Notes under the pieces: generated by a model
Told to the model about the DNA's origin: nothing
Database searches by the model: none
The model's input: the letters and a program-made list of their open reading frames with translations, nothing else
Assembly: GCA_963663475.2 (NCBI GenBank)
Contig: CAXXJV010000002.1
Span: 1 to 64,000 of the forward strand
Direction: 5' to 3'
DNA from: Candidatus Cloacimonadales bacterium
GTDB taxonomy: Bacteria > Cloacimonadota > Cloacimonadia > Cloacimonadales > JAFGVF01
Length of the DNA stretch: 64,000 nt
Made by a program: the position numbers and the translations under genes
Shown here: one piece after another, positions 29,275-40,387 of the stretch
Layout: each line of letters begins with the position of its first letter
Numbering within the stretch: position 1 is the first letter of the stretch

Positions 29275-29497
29275 AGTTACTAATCTAGTAAATTTACTAT
29301 TTATTTTTATTATACGATTGTATAAATACTACATATCACCACTATTCCCAGCTACCTGTAGGTTTACTCCTACTTGTAGTACTTATGCAACACAAGCATT
29401 CAGGAAATACTCTTTTTTCCATGCTCTCTACTTGTCTATTGCTAGATTACTCAAGTGCCACCCTTATCATCCTGGTGGTTATGATCCATTAAAATAA
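29228..29497 (+). CDS. yidD: Membrane protein insertion efficiency factor (start uncertain)
   Basis: ISP...CRFTPTCSTY...RLLKCHPYHPGGYDP. Confidence 0.92.
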   Translation: MNLIILLRKLKKLIFKVTNLVNLLFIFIIRLYKYYISPLFPATCRFTPTCSTYATQAFRKYSFFHALYLSIARLLKCHPYHPGGYDPLK

Positions 29498-29510
29498 TTT
29501 AGGAGGAAAT

Positions 29511-31328
29511 TTGAATAGGAAGACCCTATTAGCAATTGTACTAATGTTTTTAACTTATTGGCTGTTTAATACTTACTTTTTCCCAAAACAGCAAGCTCAA
29601 ACAAATCAAACTAGTACAAAAGAAGAAGTTAAACAAGCAAAAGAGGTATTATCAAAACCGATAATTACCCTTACTAATGAAGGTATTTTAATTTTTAGTG
29701 ATTATGAAGATGGTCAAATAAGATTTAACTTTGACGGCAATGAACCAACAGTAAACGATAACTTATATCAAGAAATTATTCCAGTAACTGACCCTGACCA
29801 AGTTACTAAACTTAGAGCAAAAGTTTTTTATAATAATCAAGAATCTACTACTGCCTTCTATGCTAAAAATTTGCAGAAAACTGATATCATTCAGGCAAGT
29901 GATATTGAACCTCTTGTGATTGAGAATGATAAGCTTAGATTAGTCCTTTCACCTAAAGATGGTGTTATTACAAAAGTATTCGTAAAAGACTTTAATATGG
30001 GCAATGATCAGTTAGTCCAATTAATACCTGAACAAACTAGTCTAGGTCTTGTTGATATTGATGGACACGATTTAGAAAATCTCATATACTTCAAAGAAGT
30101 AACAAAAAATAGTGTTAAATTCTACCTTACAGATGAAAATAATCAAACAATTTTTGCTAAAGAATATTCTTTAGGTCAGGATTACCAGGTTAATTTTAAC
30201 TTATACTTTAATTCACCTAATTTTAAACAAGATTACGAAATTAATGTACCAGGTATTGCTGATACAGAGAATTTAGCTTATAAGGAAAGTCATCCTGATA
30301 AGTACTTTAAAATGAAATCCCAAGATTATAAGTTAATTGCCTTAGATACTAATGAAATATTTAAAGAACCATTAGCAAAATTAAAATCTAATAATTTTGA
30401 ATCTGCTACTGATAATGTAAAATGGGTAGCAGCAAGATCTAAGTATTTCTTAATTTCTCTTTTTGCTGATAAGGTTGTTGCAGATAAGACTTTTAAAGGT
30501 ATGATGCAGAATGATAGCCCTGCTTTTAATATGATAATCGAAGATTCAGATTTTGAAAATGAGTTTGAAGAATATTATTTCTATCTAGGACCTGTGGAAA
30601 AGGATTATATTGAAACATACGATTCAACTCTCATCTTTGATAGAGTTATTGAAAGATCATGGACTTGGTTACATTGGTTATCAAAGACTTTTGAAATTGT
30701 CATGAAAAGCCTTGCTAAGGTTATCCCTAATTATGGTATAGTGATTATTATCTTTGCTATCTTAATCAAATTACTCCTTTATCCATTAACTCATAAGTCT
30801 TTTGAAAACAGTATGAAGATGCAGAAGGTTCAACCTTACCTTAGCGAAATACAAAAGAAATATAAAAGTGACCCTATGAAAATGCAGCAGGAGATGAGTA
30901 AGGTAAAAAAAGAACATGGTGTTTCAACTCTGGGTGGTTGCTTACCAATGCTTATTCAAATGCCAATCTTCTTCGCTCTTTATCCTACTCTTAGATACTC
31001 TATAGCTCTTAGAGGAGCATCCTTCTTTGGTTGGTTACAAGACTTATCTAATCCCGACCCTTACTATATCTTACCTATTATCATGGGTATTTTTATGTTC
31101 TTACAACAAAGAATGATGACAAGCGTGCAATCTCAAAACACAGGAAATATGGATGAAAAACAAGAAGCTATGATGCAAAGTCAGAAAATGATGGCTTATA
31201 TTCTACCTGTAATGATGTTCTTCTTCTTCCGTAATCTTCCTTCTGGTCTAGTTTTATACTGGACAGTATTTAACATTCTATCAATCATTCAACAGCACTT
31301 CATTAACAAAAAATTTAGAGGACAATAA
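29511..31328 (+). CDS. yidC: Membrane protein insertase
   Basis: NYGIVIII, GGCLPMLIQMPIFFALY, DPYYILP, PSGLVLYW. Confidence 0.95.
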   Translation: MNRKTLLAIVLMFLTYWLFNTYFFPKQQAQTNQTSTKEEVKQAKEVLSKPIITLTNEGILIFSDYEDGQIRFNFDGNEPTVNDNLYQEIIPVTDPDQVTKLRAKVFYNNQESTTAFYAKNLQKTDIIQASDIEPLVIENDKLRLVLSPKDGVITKVFVKDFNMGNDQLVQLIPEQTSLGLVDIDGHDLENLIYFKEVTKNSVKFYLTDENNQTIFAKEYSLGQDYQVNFNLYFNSPNFKQDYEINVPGIADTENLAYKESHPDKYFKMKSQDYKLIALDTNEIFKEPLAKLKSNNFESATDNVKWVAARSKYFLISLFADKVVADKTFKGMMQNDSPAFNMIIEDSDFENEFEEYYFYLGPVEKDYIETYDSTLIFDRVIERSWTWLHWLSKTFEIVMKSLAKVIPNYGIVIIIFAILIKLLLYPLTHKSFENSMKMQKVQPYLSEIQKKYKSDPMKMQQEMSKVKKEHGVSTLGGCLPMLIQMPIFFALYPTLRYSIALRGASFFGWLQDLSNPDPYYILPIIMGIFMFLQQRMMTSVQSQNTGNMDEKQEAMMQSQKMMAYILPVMMFFFFRNLPSGLVLYWTVFNILSIIQQHFINKKFRGQ

Positions 31329-31329
31329 T

Positions 31330-32142
31330 ATGGACGCAAAGATTTTGACTGGTAGCTCAGTCGATAAAATACTAGAAGACTTTTGTAAAAAAAATAAAAT
31401 TAATAAAGATGATATACAATATGAAGTTATTGACCAAGGTAAAAATGGTTTCTTAGGTCTTTTTGGATCAAAAAAAGCTCAGATTAAAATTACTTCTTTT
31501 GGAGTGAAACAAGAAATAATGGATTTTATTGAGCAGTTTCTCGATAAAATGGGAATAGAGTTTGTTGATATTGAAGAGAGTGAAACTAAAGATTCCTATA
31601 ATTATCACATTGTAGGCTCTTCTGAACCAGGTTTCTTAATTGGTAAAGAAGCTCGTTTCTTGAATACTATGCAATATCTTGTTAATAGAGTTTTCGAAAA
31701 TAGAACAGAAAGTAAAAGAATATATCTAGATGTTGATAACTATAAAGAAAGACAAGCTGAACAGGTTATTAGAAAGTATGAACCTGTCTTAGATAGAGTA
31801 GTAGATAATCAAAAACCTTATACTCTTGAACCTATGGATGGAAATATCCGTAGAGTTATTCATAAGTATATTGAAGATAGACCAGAAATATCCACTCTTA
31901 CTATTGGCGATGGTAAATACAAACGTATTGTTGTCTTTCCTAAAGGCTATGATCAAACTAAAATTCGTAAAAGATCATATAATCCACCTTCAAGAAGACC
32001 GCACACTAACAACAAAGCTAAAAATACAAAGCCAAGTGAAAAGACTTCTCATAGCCAAGATAATCCAAACAAGAAAACTTTTAAACCACGTAAAAGGCCT
32101 TACCGCAAACCTAAGAAACAATCGGATAATAATGCCGAATAG
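31330..32142 (+). CDS. jag: Jag/KhpB RNA-binding protein (Jag_N, KH, R3H)
   Basis: GFLGLFG, GFLIGKE, LEPM...RRVIH; synteny after yidC. Confidence 0.88.
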   Translation: MDAKILTGSSVDKILEDFCKKNKINKDDIQYEVIDQGKNGFLGLFGSKKAQIKITSFGVKQEIMDFIEQFLDKMGIEFVDIEESETKDSYNYHIVGSSEPGFLIGKEARFLNTMQYLVNRVFENRTESKRIYLDVDNYKERQAEQVIRKYEPVLDRVVDNQKPYTLEPMDGNIRRVIHKYIEDRPEISTLTIGDGKYKRIVVFPKGYDQTKIRKRSYNPPSRRPHTNNKAKNTKPSEKTSHSQDNPNKKTFKPRKRPYRKPKKQSDNNAE

Positions 32143-32149
32143 ATAAATT

Positions 32150-32938
32150 ATGTTAAAATTAAAGATTATAAAAGCCGGTTATTTTTACTCTGATGCCGGC
32201 GCATCTTTAGGGAATCTTCCTCGGTCTATCTGGGGAAGATTTCTTTCAGTAGATGCTAAACATAGAATGAGATTAGATTTAAACTTGTTACTTATAGAAC
32301 TTGATGATAGGTTAATTTTAGTTGATACAGGTTTAGGTAATAAGCTAACTCCTAAAGAAGATGAAATTTTCTCTCCTCAAGTAAAGTCTTTTCCTGAGCT
32401 TCTTGCCCAACATGGTTATAAAACTTCCTCAATAACTGATGTTATAATGACTCATTTACATCATGATCATGCTGGTGGAATTGTCAGTATTGATAGTGAT
32501 AATCAAGAGTATTTAACTTTTCCTAAGGCAAGCTATCATATTCAGGCTAAGGAATGGGAAATAGCTAAAAATCCTGATGTGTTAAATAGGGCAGCCTATG
32601 ATTATGCCAGGAATCTCAAACTTTTAGAACAAAAAGGTAAGATAAATCTCATTAATGGTAATGTAGAAATATTCCCAGGTATTAACTTGCAACTAGTGGG
32701 GGGACATACTGAAGGAATGCAAATTCTGCTAATCAATCGAGATAGACAAAAATATATCTATGCTGGTGATATTATACCTTCTCAAACCTATCTTAAGTTA
32801 GCAATAACCTCAGCTTATGATGTTTGCCGAAGAGATACTGTGTCTGCTAAAGAGCAAATTCTCCAAAAAGTCCAACAAGAAGGCTATGTCCTAATCTATG
32901 ATCATTCAACTCAGGAGACTTTTTATGAAATCAATTAA
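32150..32938 (+). CDS. MBL-fold metallo-hydrolase
   Basis: THLHHDHAGG, GHTEG, AGD motifs. Confidence 0.88.
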   Translation: MLKLKIIKAGYFYSDAGASLGNLPRSIWGRFLSVDAKHRMRLDLNLLLIELDDRLILVDTGLGNKLTPKEDEIFSPQVKSFPELLAQHGYKTSSITDVIMTHLHHDHAGGIVSIDSDNQEYLTFPKASYHIQAKEWEIAKNPDVLNRAAYDYARNLKLLEQKGKINLINGNVEIFPGINLQLVGGHTEGMQILLINRDRQKYIYAGDIIPSQTYLKLAITSAYDVCRRDTVSAKEQILQKVQQEGYVLIYDHSTQETFYEIN

Positions 32939-33770
32939 AAACTTTCTATTCTTAGCCACCTTCATTGCTTTAACATTGCTAATGCTTACCGCTTGTAACA
33001 ATTCTCAAACTAAGCAAGCAAAAGGAATTATTGTTACTTCTCCTGAAGTTGCTGAGATAATTGCAGAATTAGGTGGACTTGATCAAATAATAGCCAGAAC
33101 AAAATACTGTGATTATCCTGAAGAAATGCTAGAGAAAGAATCAATAGGAGATTTTAGTAATATTGATATTGAGAGAGTTATCCAGCTTAAACCTAAGATT
33201 ATCTTTACAGCAGCTTTTGAACAGCAAGAATTTTATGATAAAATGAAGCCTTTTGGCATTGAACTTATCAAGATTCATTCTAACTCTCTTGAGGCTTATT
33301 ATAAAAATGTTAGATTAATAGCTGAGAAAATAGGTAAGTCGAATAGAGCAGATTCTTTGATAAATTCTTTTCAACAAAGTCTTGATTCTCTTGAATTACC
33401 TACTAACAAACCAAAAGTTTACTTTGAGATATCTTCTAATTTAGGTACAGTTACAGACCAATCCTTTATCGGAGAATTAATCAAGCTTGCTGGAGGGAGC
33501 AATATTTTTGGAGATATTAATCAAGACTTCTTTATAGCCAAAAATGAAGATATTGTTCATGCTAACCCAGATGTAATTATTGCCTTATCATATGTTAGCA
33601 AGGAAGAGATACTTGCCAGAAAGGGCTGGCAGAATATGTCTGCTCTAAAAAATAATAGAATATATACGGTTGATGATATTGATATTGATACAGTGATGAG
33701 AACTATTCCTAGGTCTAGTCAAGCTCTAAAGTTATTTAATAGCTGGTTCTTAGATTATGACAAAAAGTAA
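32925..33770 (+). CDS. Cobalamin/iron-siderophore ABC substrate-binding lipoprotein (BtuF-like)
   Basis: Lipobox LTAC; YCDYP; EDIVHANPDVII. Confidence 0.8.
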   Translation: MKSIKNFLFLATFIALTLLMLTACNNSQTKQAKGIIVTSPEVAEIIAELGGLDQIIARTKYCDYPEEMLEKESIGDFSNIDIERVIQLKPKIIFTAAFEQQEFYDKMKPFGIELIKIHSNSLEAYYKNVRLIAEKIGKSNRADSLINSFQQSLDSLELPTNKPKVYFEISSNLGTVTDQSFIGELIKLAGGSNIFGDINQDFFIAKNEDIVHANPDVIIALSYVSKEEILARKGWQNMSALKNNRIYTVDDIDIDTVMRTIPRSSQALKLFNSWFLDYDKK

Positions 33771-34689
33771 CAGACTCAGTCTCTCTTTAGGCTTAGGCCT
33801 CTTCTTTATTGGAATTTCTATTCTCTACTTATTTTATAAAGTGCCATCTTTAGAGATTTTACAAGCAATTAGACTACCTCGTTTTATCCTAACCCTAATC
33901 ACAGGTATAGTTTTAGCAAGTGTAGGAAATATATATCAAATGCTCTTAAACAATCCTCTTGCTGAGCCCTATATCTTAGGTACAAGTTCAGGTTCAGCCT
34001 TGTTTTCTATAACAGCTTATATTCTGGGTTTTACCTATCTGATGCCCTTGTTTGGCTTCATAGGTGCAGTCTTAGCCATGTCTTTAGTTTGGACCATAGC
34101 CAGAAGAGGTTCAGGAGTTAATACAGTCAAACTAATTCTCTCAGGTATCATTGTATCCATGATTTGTTCAGCTGTAATATCCCTTTATATTTATCTTTTC
34201 CCTAACCAGATAACAATTATAATGGGAACTTTAATGGGTAGCCTCAATCATGTTTTTACTAATTTAGAATGGTACATTTTTTTAATATTAGTATTTATTT
34301 CATTGCTTTTATTAATTTATTTATATTTTCTCTCAAACAGTCTTAATATAATTGCAACTGGTGAACTTACAGCTCATTCTCTAGGGGTAGATACTAGCAA
34401 AATTAGGAAGCAGATTTTCATTATTACTTCTATTTTGATAGCAATAGTAACTTCTTATTCAGGAATTATAGGTTTTGTGGGGTTAATCATCCCTCATATA
34501 GTAAGAATGATATGTGGCGATAACTTAAGGAACAACTATTTTATTACTATGTTGATTGGAGCTACATTCTTGCTCCTTTGTGACTTCCTAGCTTATCATA
34601 TTAGTCCTTTTGGAGAGCTTCCAGTAGGTATAATAACAACATTAATAGGATCAGTATTTTTTATATCAATCCTAAGGAGAAGCAATTAA
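33757..34689 (+). CDS. FecCD/BtuC family ABC permease
   Basis: IRLPR, NPLAEPYILG, GIIGFVGLIIPH, ELPVG. Confidence 0.88.
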   Translation: MTKSNRLSLSLGLGLFFIGISILYLFYKVPSLEILQAIRLPRFILTLITGIVLASVGNIYQMLLNNPLAEPYILGTSSGSALFSITAYILGFTYLMPLFGFIGAVLAMSLVWTIARRGSGVNTVKLILSGIIVSMICSAVISLYIYLFPNQITIIMGTLMGSLNHVFTNLEWYIFLILVFISLLLLIYLYFLSNSLNIIATGELTAHSLGVDTSKIRKQIFIITSILIAIVTSYSGIIGFVGLIIPHIVRMICGDNLRNNYFITMLIGATFLLLCDFLAYHISPFGELPVGIITTLIGSVFFISILRRSN

Positions 34690-35561
34690 TGGAGTTTTTT
34701 AGACAATTGACTCTTGAAGATAAAGATCAAGTAATTAGAATTTGCAAAACCATCTGGGATGGTGATGATTATATACCCAACATTTTTGAAGAATGGGTAG
34801 AGGAAGACAATAGCTATTTTATAGGTCTTTTCAATGATGATAATCTTATAGGCTTTGGACGTCTTGCTTCTCACGGAGATGGTCATTATTGGCTAGAGGG
34901 ACTTCGCAAGAATCATGATTTAAAGGTTAAGGGGATTGGTAAAAAGATAGCTAATTATTTAATCAAGATTGCTATGGATAATGAGTGTCAATCTCTTAAA
35001 TTTTCTACTTATTATGATAATGTAGAATCTATATCCTTAAATGAAAAAATCGGTTTTGCCAAAATTAAAGAGTGGTCTTACTTGGAACTTGAAATAGCTG
35101 AACTAGCTAAAGATAGCTATAAGCAAGCAGGAGAAGATCTAAGCCAGCCTACTTTAGAAGAATTCAGAAATTTTATTTTAGAATCTAGCTTCTATAAAGA
35201 AATGGATGGTTATCTTTGTCAAGGCTGGAAAGTTTTTAATGTTTCTAGACAGTATCTAAGTCAACTTTACCACAAATCTACTGCCTATACAATCACAAAG
35301 GATAGTCAGATAGAGGCCATGGTAACAAGTCTCTTAGATAATGATAAGAATATTTTTATTTCTTTTCTTGAATATAAGACCAAAGCTCAATGTCATTCTC
35401 TACTAAGTAGGCTTATTGGACAAGCTAAAGCTGGAGGTAATAAGGCTATAAGCATAATTGTTCCAAGTCACTATAGAGTTGAATGCCTCTATGATTTTGG
35501 TTTTAAATCATGGGAGAGAAAAGATGATTTTCAACTCTATGAGTACCAAGGAAAACTATGA
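34689..35561 (+). CDS. GNAT family N-acetyltransferase
   Basis: IWDGDDYIP, WLEGLR, GIGKK, N..SI.L..KIGF. Confidence 0.75.
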   Translation: MEFFRQLTLEDKDQVIRICKTIWDGDDYIPNIFEEWVEEDNSYFIGLFNDDNLIGFGRLASHGDGHYWLEGLRKNHDLKVKGIGKKIANYLIKIAMDNECQSLKFSTYYDNVESISLNEKIGFAKIKEWSYLELEIAELAKDSYKQAGEDLSQPTLEEFRNFILESSFYKEMDGYLCQGWKVFNVSRQYLSQLYHKSTAYTITKDSQIEAMVTSLLDNDKNIFISFLEYKTKAQCHSLLSRLIGQAKAGGNKAISIIVPSHYRVECLYDFGFKSWERKDDFQLYEYQGKL

Positions 35562-37048
35562 ATATAAAACGAAGCTCTGGGCTTCTACTCCATCCAACTG
35601 CTATTCCTAATAAATTGGGAATTGGTGACTTAGGATATGATACTTATAAATTTATTGACTTACTTGCCCAGCTTAAACAATCTTATTGGCAAATTCTCCC
35701 CCTAACAATACCTGAAAAGGGAAATTCACCATATTCACCCCTTAGCTCTTTTGCGGGTAACCCCCTCTTAATCTCCCCCCAAATCTTAGTGGAAGATAAT
35801 TTACTTGCTCCTGCTGATTTAACAAGTCTGATAGGATATTCAGATAGTATTGATTATGCAAGTTTAATCTTAGAGAGAGAAAACTTACTTAGAAAAGCTA
35901 TGGCAAACTTCTCTTTGCAAAATCAAGATTTTCTAGATTTCAGTAAAAACCCCTGGTTAGATGATTATTCTCTCTTTATTTCCCTTTATGAAAAAAATAA
36001 TCAACAGGTCTGGAGTCAATGGCCAGAAGAAGAGAGAAATCCTTCTAACTCATTAAAAAAACAACTTAAAATAAAATTAGCTTCTCAGATAGCTTATCAT
36101 AAATTTGTTCAGTATCTCTTCTATAAACAGTGGAAAAGCTTAAAAGCATATGCTAATAGCAAGGGTATTCAGATAATAGGAGATATACCTATTTATGTTT
36201 CATATAACTCTGCTGATGTTTGGGCTAATAAAGAGCTATTTCAACTTGGGAGTGATTATCAAGCCCAGTTTATTTCTGGCTGTCCTCCTGATAGCTTTAA
36301 TGAGGATGGTCAAATTTGGGAAAATCCCCTTTATGATTGGTCCAAAAACAAAGAAAGTGGCTATACTTGGTGGATTGACCGGATTAGCTATAATCTAGAA
36401 ATCTGTGATGTCTTAAGATTAGACCATTTTATTGGTTTTACACGCTACTGGAGTATCCCTGCTAAATTGTATGATGCCAAAGCAGGGGAATGGAAACAAG
36501 GACCTGGAGCAGACTTCTTACATGCCTTGCAAAAGGCAATACCTCAGCTTAAACTCATAGCAGAAGACCTAGGCTCGTTAAGTCCTCAAGTTACTCAATT
36601 AAAAGAGCAATTCAATTTACCAGGTATGATAGTACTCCACTATGCCTTGGATGATTGGGAATTCGCTAATGCCAACTTACCCCATAAAAGCTTTATCTAT
36701 ACTGGTACTCATGATAATAATACTAGCAAGGGATGGTGGAAAGATTATGCTTATAACCATGATATAATTAAAAGTAATTTTTATAAGTCCCTCGCTCAAG
36801 CTAGAGAAAATTCTGACTTTATTATTAATGAAGACAGTGTTGCTTATGACCTTATAGAGCTAGCTTATGCTTCCAATTGCCTGGTTGCTATTATTCCTCT
36901 GCAAGATATGTTAAATCTAGATGAAAATTATAGAATGAATAGACCAGGTACTGCTCAAGGTAATTGGGCTATTAGAATTCCCCAAGCTTATGCTTCTACC
37001 ATTAATCAAGAAAAAATCCTTGGTTTGATTAGTAGATACCACAGATAA
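35558..37048 (+). CDS. malQ: 4-alpha-glucanotransferase (GH77)
   Basis: GLLLHPT, WQILPL, GDIPIYV, RLDHF, IAEDLG, YTGTHDN, MNRPG. Confidence 0.93.
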   Translation: MNIKRSSGLLLHPTAIPNKLGIGDLGYDTYKFIDLLAQLKQSYWQILPLTIPEKGNSPYSPLSSFAGNPLLISPQILVEDNLLAPADLTSLIGYSDSIDYASLILERENLLRKAMANFSLQNQDFLDFSKNPWLDDYSLFISLYEKNNQQVWSQWPEEERNPSNSLKKQLKIKLASQIAYHKFVQYLFYKQWKSLKAYANSKGIQIIGDIPIYVSYNSADVWANKELFQLGSDYQAQFISGCPPDSFNEDGQIWENPLYDWSKNKESGYTWWIDRISYNLEICDVLRLDHFIGFTRYWSIPAKLYDAKAGEWKQGPGADFLHALQKAIPQLKLIAEDLGSLSPQVTQLKEQFNLPGMIVLHYALDDWEFANANLPHKSFIYTGTHDNNTSKGWWKDYAYNHDIIKSNFYKSLAQARENSDFIINEDSVAYDLIELAYASNCLVAIIPLQDMLNLDENYRMNRPGTAQGNWAIRIPQAYASTINQEKILGLISRYHR

Positions 37049-37363
37049 ATCCAATGTGCATTAGGCTTTTTTGAATAGAAGAATCTAGGGCTCTCTCTCA
37101 AGTAGACTGGACTTCCTCAACCCTAGGTAAGGGACTTCAAACGGAAATTCTGTTAACATCAACAGCCTGTATTCCTAGGAAAATGAGAATATTTTATTAC
37201 TATATTGATTCATCAAAAATCCCTGACTTGTGGTGCGTAGCTTTAGCGAAGATTCAAAGTATCGCAACCCTGGGTAATGATGGCTAACCAAAAGATATTA
37301 CCCTGTAAGGGTTTAATAAAAGAATTTGCACTCTTATCTAAAGCTTTATTGCACCATTTGGAT
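37049..37363. mobile_element. MITE family A shell with nested REP modules
   Basis: Family A-like ends; contains a reverse copy of the CCCTTGCCTAGGG unit and the reverse complement of about 58920-58982. Confidence 0.55.
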
Positions 37364-37464
37364 TGAACAAGAGCAGGATAAAATTGGACTTTAATTTCAT
37401 ATAAAATGTGCATTATTGGGTTACAGGATGGTATAGTCAAGAAACTAGCAAAAAAAATAGAAAA

Positions 37465-39369
37465 TTACAAGTTTAATTTAATAATTATTATTTCTGCTAG
37501 GAAAAGAAAGAGAATTGCATAAAGAAGATATTTAAGTAATTCGAAGCTACCGCTTTCTGAGAAGAGATGACTAGTTAAGTCTCCTGAAACATCAAGATAG
37601 TTATCAGGGAATGAAACTTTGTTTTGCAAGCTTTCATTAATCTGATCTTGTCCTTGATTAACAGCATAATAGGAAATTTTAGAGCCTGAGACTAGCTTGT
37701 AAATACCAAGATCCTGAAAGACAAATGTTGGACTAAAGACTTGCTTATCATTTACTAGTGAGCCCTTAGGTAAATCAATACTATTACCTTGGTAGTAAGA
37801 TTCAATTTCAATATTACTCTTGCTAAGTTTTTCAAAAAGTTTATTCATAAAAACTGGATAGGCAGCATTAGTAACGAAGTCATTATTAGCATCAAAGAAG
37901 AGTAAATATGTCTGATTATTACTGGCAATCAGGGCTTGATTATTAGCCGCAAGCAGGGTTTTGCTTTTACTATTAATTTGATTATTAACAAGGTCATTGA
38001 ATCTCAACTCAGGGAAAATCTTACTATCTAAGTCTTTTAATATCTCATTATAGGGATTAGACCAGTCGGGATACTGATTTCTTACTATTCCTTTGTTTAA
38101 ACTGATATCATAAGTACTTTCAACATAGTTTACTAGAGATTGATCTGATTCAGTAGCTAAGACAATTACAGCTCCTTTTCCTTCATTATCTAATTGTTGG
38201 AGCAAGGCTTTGGTGTTGTTAGCCAAAGATTTTAATTTATAAAGTATAAAGATATCTGTAGTCGAAATGAGTTGCTTATTAACTCTGTTTTGAGGAAGAT
38301 ATTTAACATTATCAGAAGAATTAGCAAAAATGTTTACCATAGTTTGGAAAGGCAAAGCTATATTACTCTCTTCTGTGATAATTGTTATTTGTGGTTGCAA
38401 ATTAAAGTAAAAACTAAAATAAGCCCTATTGTCAGGCAGGTAATATTCATCTTGAACTTCAATAAAACCTTTCTGCCAACCGCTTTTCTCGATAGGAATA
38501 GTAAAATTTCCCTGCCAGCTTTTGCTAGCTTCTATATTGATGAAACGATCAAAAGACCTGTCATTAAAGTTAAGTCTAATAAGCCTGTCTTCAACATTTT
38601 TAGAAGCATAGTTGTGGATAGTATAATCAATGCTTACTTGCTTGATATTATTACTAGTAACAACTTGGGAAGAATTAATAGTAGCAGTTAGATTATTCCA
38701 TTCTTTTTCTTGGTCAATTATTGAGTATTTAATTTCTCTTAAAGAATCCTTGTAGCTAATTGTTTCATTTCCATCAGTTAAGACATACAGTTCATGATTG
38801 GCAGTACTTGCTTCCTGGATATCTTTAATAGCTTGAGAAATTAAAGAATCAAGTGGGAGAGCTTTATAAGTAATAGAGATATTCTGAATAAGAGAATCTG
38901 CTAGGGGTCCTTGCATAAACTTCTGAGATGTAATAAAGTTATCCTTGGTGTAAATTCTGATAAAATCATCATTACTGAGTTTGGAATTTATGGCTGTTAG
39001 TTTTTCTTTTAATAATTCAAGTCTTTGTGTTGATTGGGAATAGTAATCCATACTTAGAGAATTATCTGCAATTACCGAGATACTAGTCGGGGCATGGTAA
39101 TTACTGTCTATACCCAGAAAAGTCTTGAGAATTGGTCTAGCAAAGAGTAGGATAAGGAGTAATATTATGAGAACTCTGATAATTAATAAGAGAATATTTT
39201 TTAAGTTAATTTTACTTTTTCTTTCTTCCTTACTACTTTTGATAAACTTAAGTGAGCTAAAGATAAGTCTGTCTGGTTTTCTCTTAGCAAAAAAGTAGAT
39301 CAATATTGGAATTAGGGCAGTTAAGCTGGCAATAAGTAGACTAGAATTAAGAAAAGATAAAGAAAACAT
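37465..39369 (-). CDS. BatA-domain/vWA membrane protein
   Basis: LSFLNSSLL...IPILI...FSSLKFI...LLLIIR...LFARP; DNSLSM. Confidence 0.8.
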   Translation of the reverse strand: MFSLSFLNSSLLIASLTALIPILIYFFAKRKPDRLIFSSLKFIKSSKEERKSKINLKNILLLIIRVLIILLLILLFARPILKTFLGIDSNYHAPTSISVIADNSLSMDYYSQSTQRLELLKEKLTAINSKLSNDDFIRIYTKDNFITSQKFMQGPLADSLIQNISITYKALPLDSLISQAIKDIQEASTANHELYVLTDGNETISYKDSLREIKYSIIDQEKEWNNLTATINSSQVVTSNNIKQVSIDYTIHNYASKNVEDRLIRLNFNDRSFDRFINIEASKSWQGNFTIPIEKSGWQKGFIEVQDEYYLPDNRAYFSFYFNLQPQITIITEESNIALPFQTMVNIFANSSDNVKYLPQNRVNKQLISTTDIFILYKLKSLANNTKALLQQLDNEGKGAVIVLATESDQSLVNYVESTYDISLNKGIVRNQYPDWSNPYNEILKDLDSKIFPELRFNDLVNNQINSKSKTLLAANNQALIASNNQTYLLFFDANNDFVTNAAYPVFMNKLFEKLSKSNIEIESYYQGNSIDLPKGSLVNDKQVFSPTFVFQDLGIYKLVSGSKISYYAVNQGQDQINESLQNKVSFPDNYLDVSGDLTSHLFSESGSFELLKYLLYAILFLFLAEIIIIKLNL

Positions 39370-39370
39370 T

Positions 39371-40387
39371 TTATTTGCCTAAAGTTATAGAAAAAAGATA
39401 GTCTGTATTATCCATGGTGAAGCCAGCAGAAACAAGAGAAACATCAATTCTAAACATAGAAAGAGTGTAACCTAAGCCAAATGTGTAGTTTATAGAATCC
39501 ATCTCTTCGAATTTATCACTATACATTCCTGCTTTAAATCCTAAAGACTGATTTAGAGAGGAACCATAGTTAAGTGAGTAACCATAACCTATATGGTAAG
39601 TCTGCTCTTCAGCTTTATTAAACCTTCCCTGAGTGGCTAATTGGAAAGTAGAATTTTCGTTATAAAAACCCATTCCCAGAGAGTATCTTTTCCTTAAATG
39701 ATCATTAGATCTGTCATTCCAATAGAGCTGAGAAACAATATCTTTCAAAGTAAGACCAACTAAAATACTGTTTTGACGATAAGTCATGCCAATATCAGAA
39801 GAGTATCCCACTACAGAACCATCTACAAACTCTTGAAGAACAAGTTCTCCAACTTGCTTGCGGTGACGTTGAAATATCTGACGTCCTTCGATAAACTTTA
39901 AATTGAAACCAAGAGTGAGTTTAGTATAATCATCATCTTGAGCAGCTAAAGAAAGAGTAAAAGCATTCATATATAAATCATGGTAATCAGAAATAAAGCT
40001 ATTTTCAAAGGTCTCAGTTTTATTATAAATCGGTTGATAGGAGATAGCAAATTTTGGTAAAGAGAAGGTATAGTAAGTAAATTGTTTTTCACTTAGAAGA
40101 TAAGAAGGATTTAAAATGCCACTAATTGCTTCATTATTCATCCTATTACTTCGGAAAGTTGCCGAAAAATAAGTTCCTCTTCTCAAAGCTAATAGAGCAG
40201 GATTCTCATAGGCTACTCCAAAATCTTCAGCAAAAACTTGATTAATTCCTCCTAAAGCAATGCCAATCGGAGAAACATTTCTTGCTGGTTGCTGCCAGTC
40301 ATAATCTATTGCTGGATAGGCAAAAAGATTAAGTGATACTGCTAAGATAAACGTGAGAAAAATAAGACTTACTATTGGGCGCTTCAT
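39371..40387 (-). CDS. Outer-membrane beta-barrel (FadL/PorV/UPF0164-like)
   Basis: Signal peptide, IALGG...AYENPALL, C-terminal amphipathic strands. Confidence 0.6.
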   Translation of the reverse strand: MKRPIVSLIFLTFILAVSLNLFAYPAIDYDWQQPARNVSPIGIALGGINQVFAEDFGVAYENPALLALRRGTYFSATFRSNRMNNEAISGILNPSYLLSEKQFTYYTFSLPKFAISYQPIYNKTETFENSFISDYHDLYMNAFTLSLAAQDDDYTKLTLGFNLKFIEGRQIFQRHRKQVGELVLQEFVDGSVVGYSSDIGMTYRQNSILVGLTLKDIVSQLYWNDRSNDHLRKRYSLGMGFYNENSTFQLATQGRFNKAEEQTYHIGYGYSLNYGSSLNQSLGFKAGMYSDKFEEMDSINYTFGLGYTLSMFRIDVSLVSAGFTMDNTDYLFSITLGK

